Assembly: GCA_951406725.2 (NCBI GenBank)
Contig: OX597815.1
Span: forward strand, 39,804,001-39,868,000
From: Octopus vulgaris
Lineage: Eukaryota
Direction of reading: 5' to 3'
DNA: 64,000 nt
The translations under genes were made by a program, and so were the position numbers. The notes beneath the pieces are model-generated. The model saw only the letters and a list, made by a program, of their open reading frames with translations, was not told the DNA's origin and did no database searches. Within the stretch, counting starts at the first letter, position 1. Every line of letters begins with the position of its first letter. Of the stretch, positions 63,661 through 64,000 are shown piece by piece.

Positions 63661-64000
63661 AGAAGCTGGCATGCACAATATTGGTAATTCCTCCAACTGT
63701 GATACCCATTGTATACCACCACAACGTCACAGTTTGAGAACTCACTCAAGTAAAGAACACAGACCAGGACGGCTGGATTGTAAAAATTAATTTAAATGTC
63801 TGTGTTATGAGCGTGAGCGTTAATTATTCAATCTTACATCGATTACAATTCAATACAACAATTCTTTTATCTATTTAAATTACTCGGTATAAAAAGAATT
63901 AATTGTTTAAATTAACTAATAATAATTTTCAATATTTATTTATTATTTTCTCGTAGGGATAATTATGTAGTAGATATGAATAGAAACCTAATGAAAATTT

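Overview
AT-rich, microsatellite- and repeat-dense animal genomic DNA. The SINE/RTE repertoire resembles a coleoid cephalopod, probably Octopus (inference from recalled repeat families, not a database result). Positions 1-40.4 kb carry the 3' half of a + strand cytosolic alpha-mannosidase gene (MAN2C1, GH38). I traced 14 GT-AG exons from 2671 to the TAA at 40338 by hand. Phases match at every junction except 9739/11587, where one expected exon (the VPSMGY segment) is not identifiable. The introns and the 40.4-64 kb intergenic region hold CR1 and RTE LINE remnants, several tRNA-derived SINE families, two decayed mariners, a Chapaev3-like transposase relic, a hAT relic, hAT and piggyBac MITEs, a non-autonomous Helitron and Penelope-like (PLE) fragments. 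The strongest signal is a near-perfect 480-bp tandem repeat (2.2 units, 38211-39277) set in (TA)n in the last MAN2C1 intron. Each full unit carries an intact minimal type I hammerhead ribozyme in the gene's sense orientation, i.e. a retrozyme-like locus predicted to release a 480-nt RNA. At least six further variant or decayed hammerhead-like motifs occur, mostly in elements associated with (TA)n or other microsatellites. Repeat boundaries are approximate and nothing was checked by alignment or folding software.
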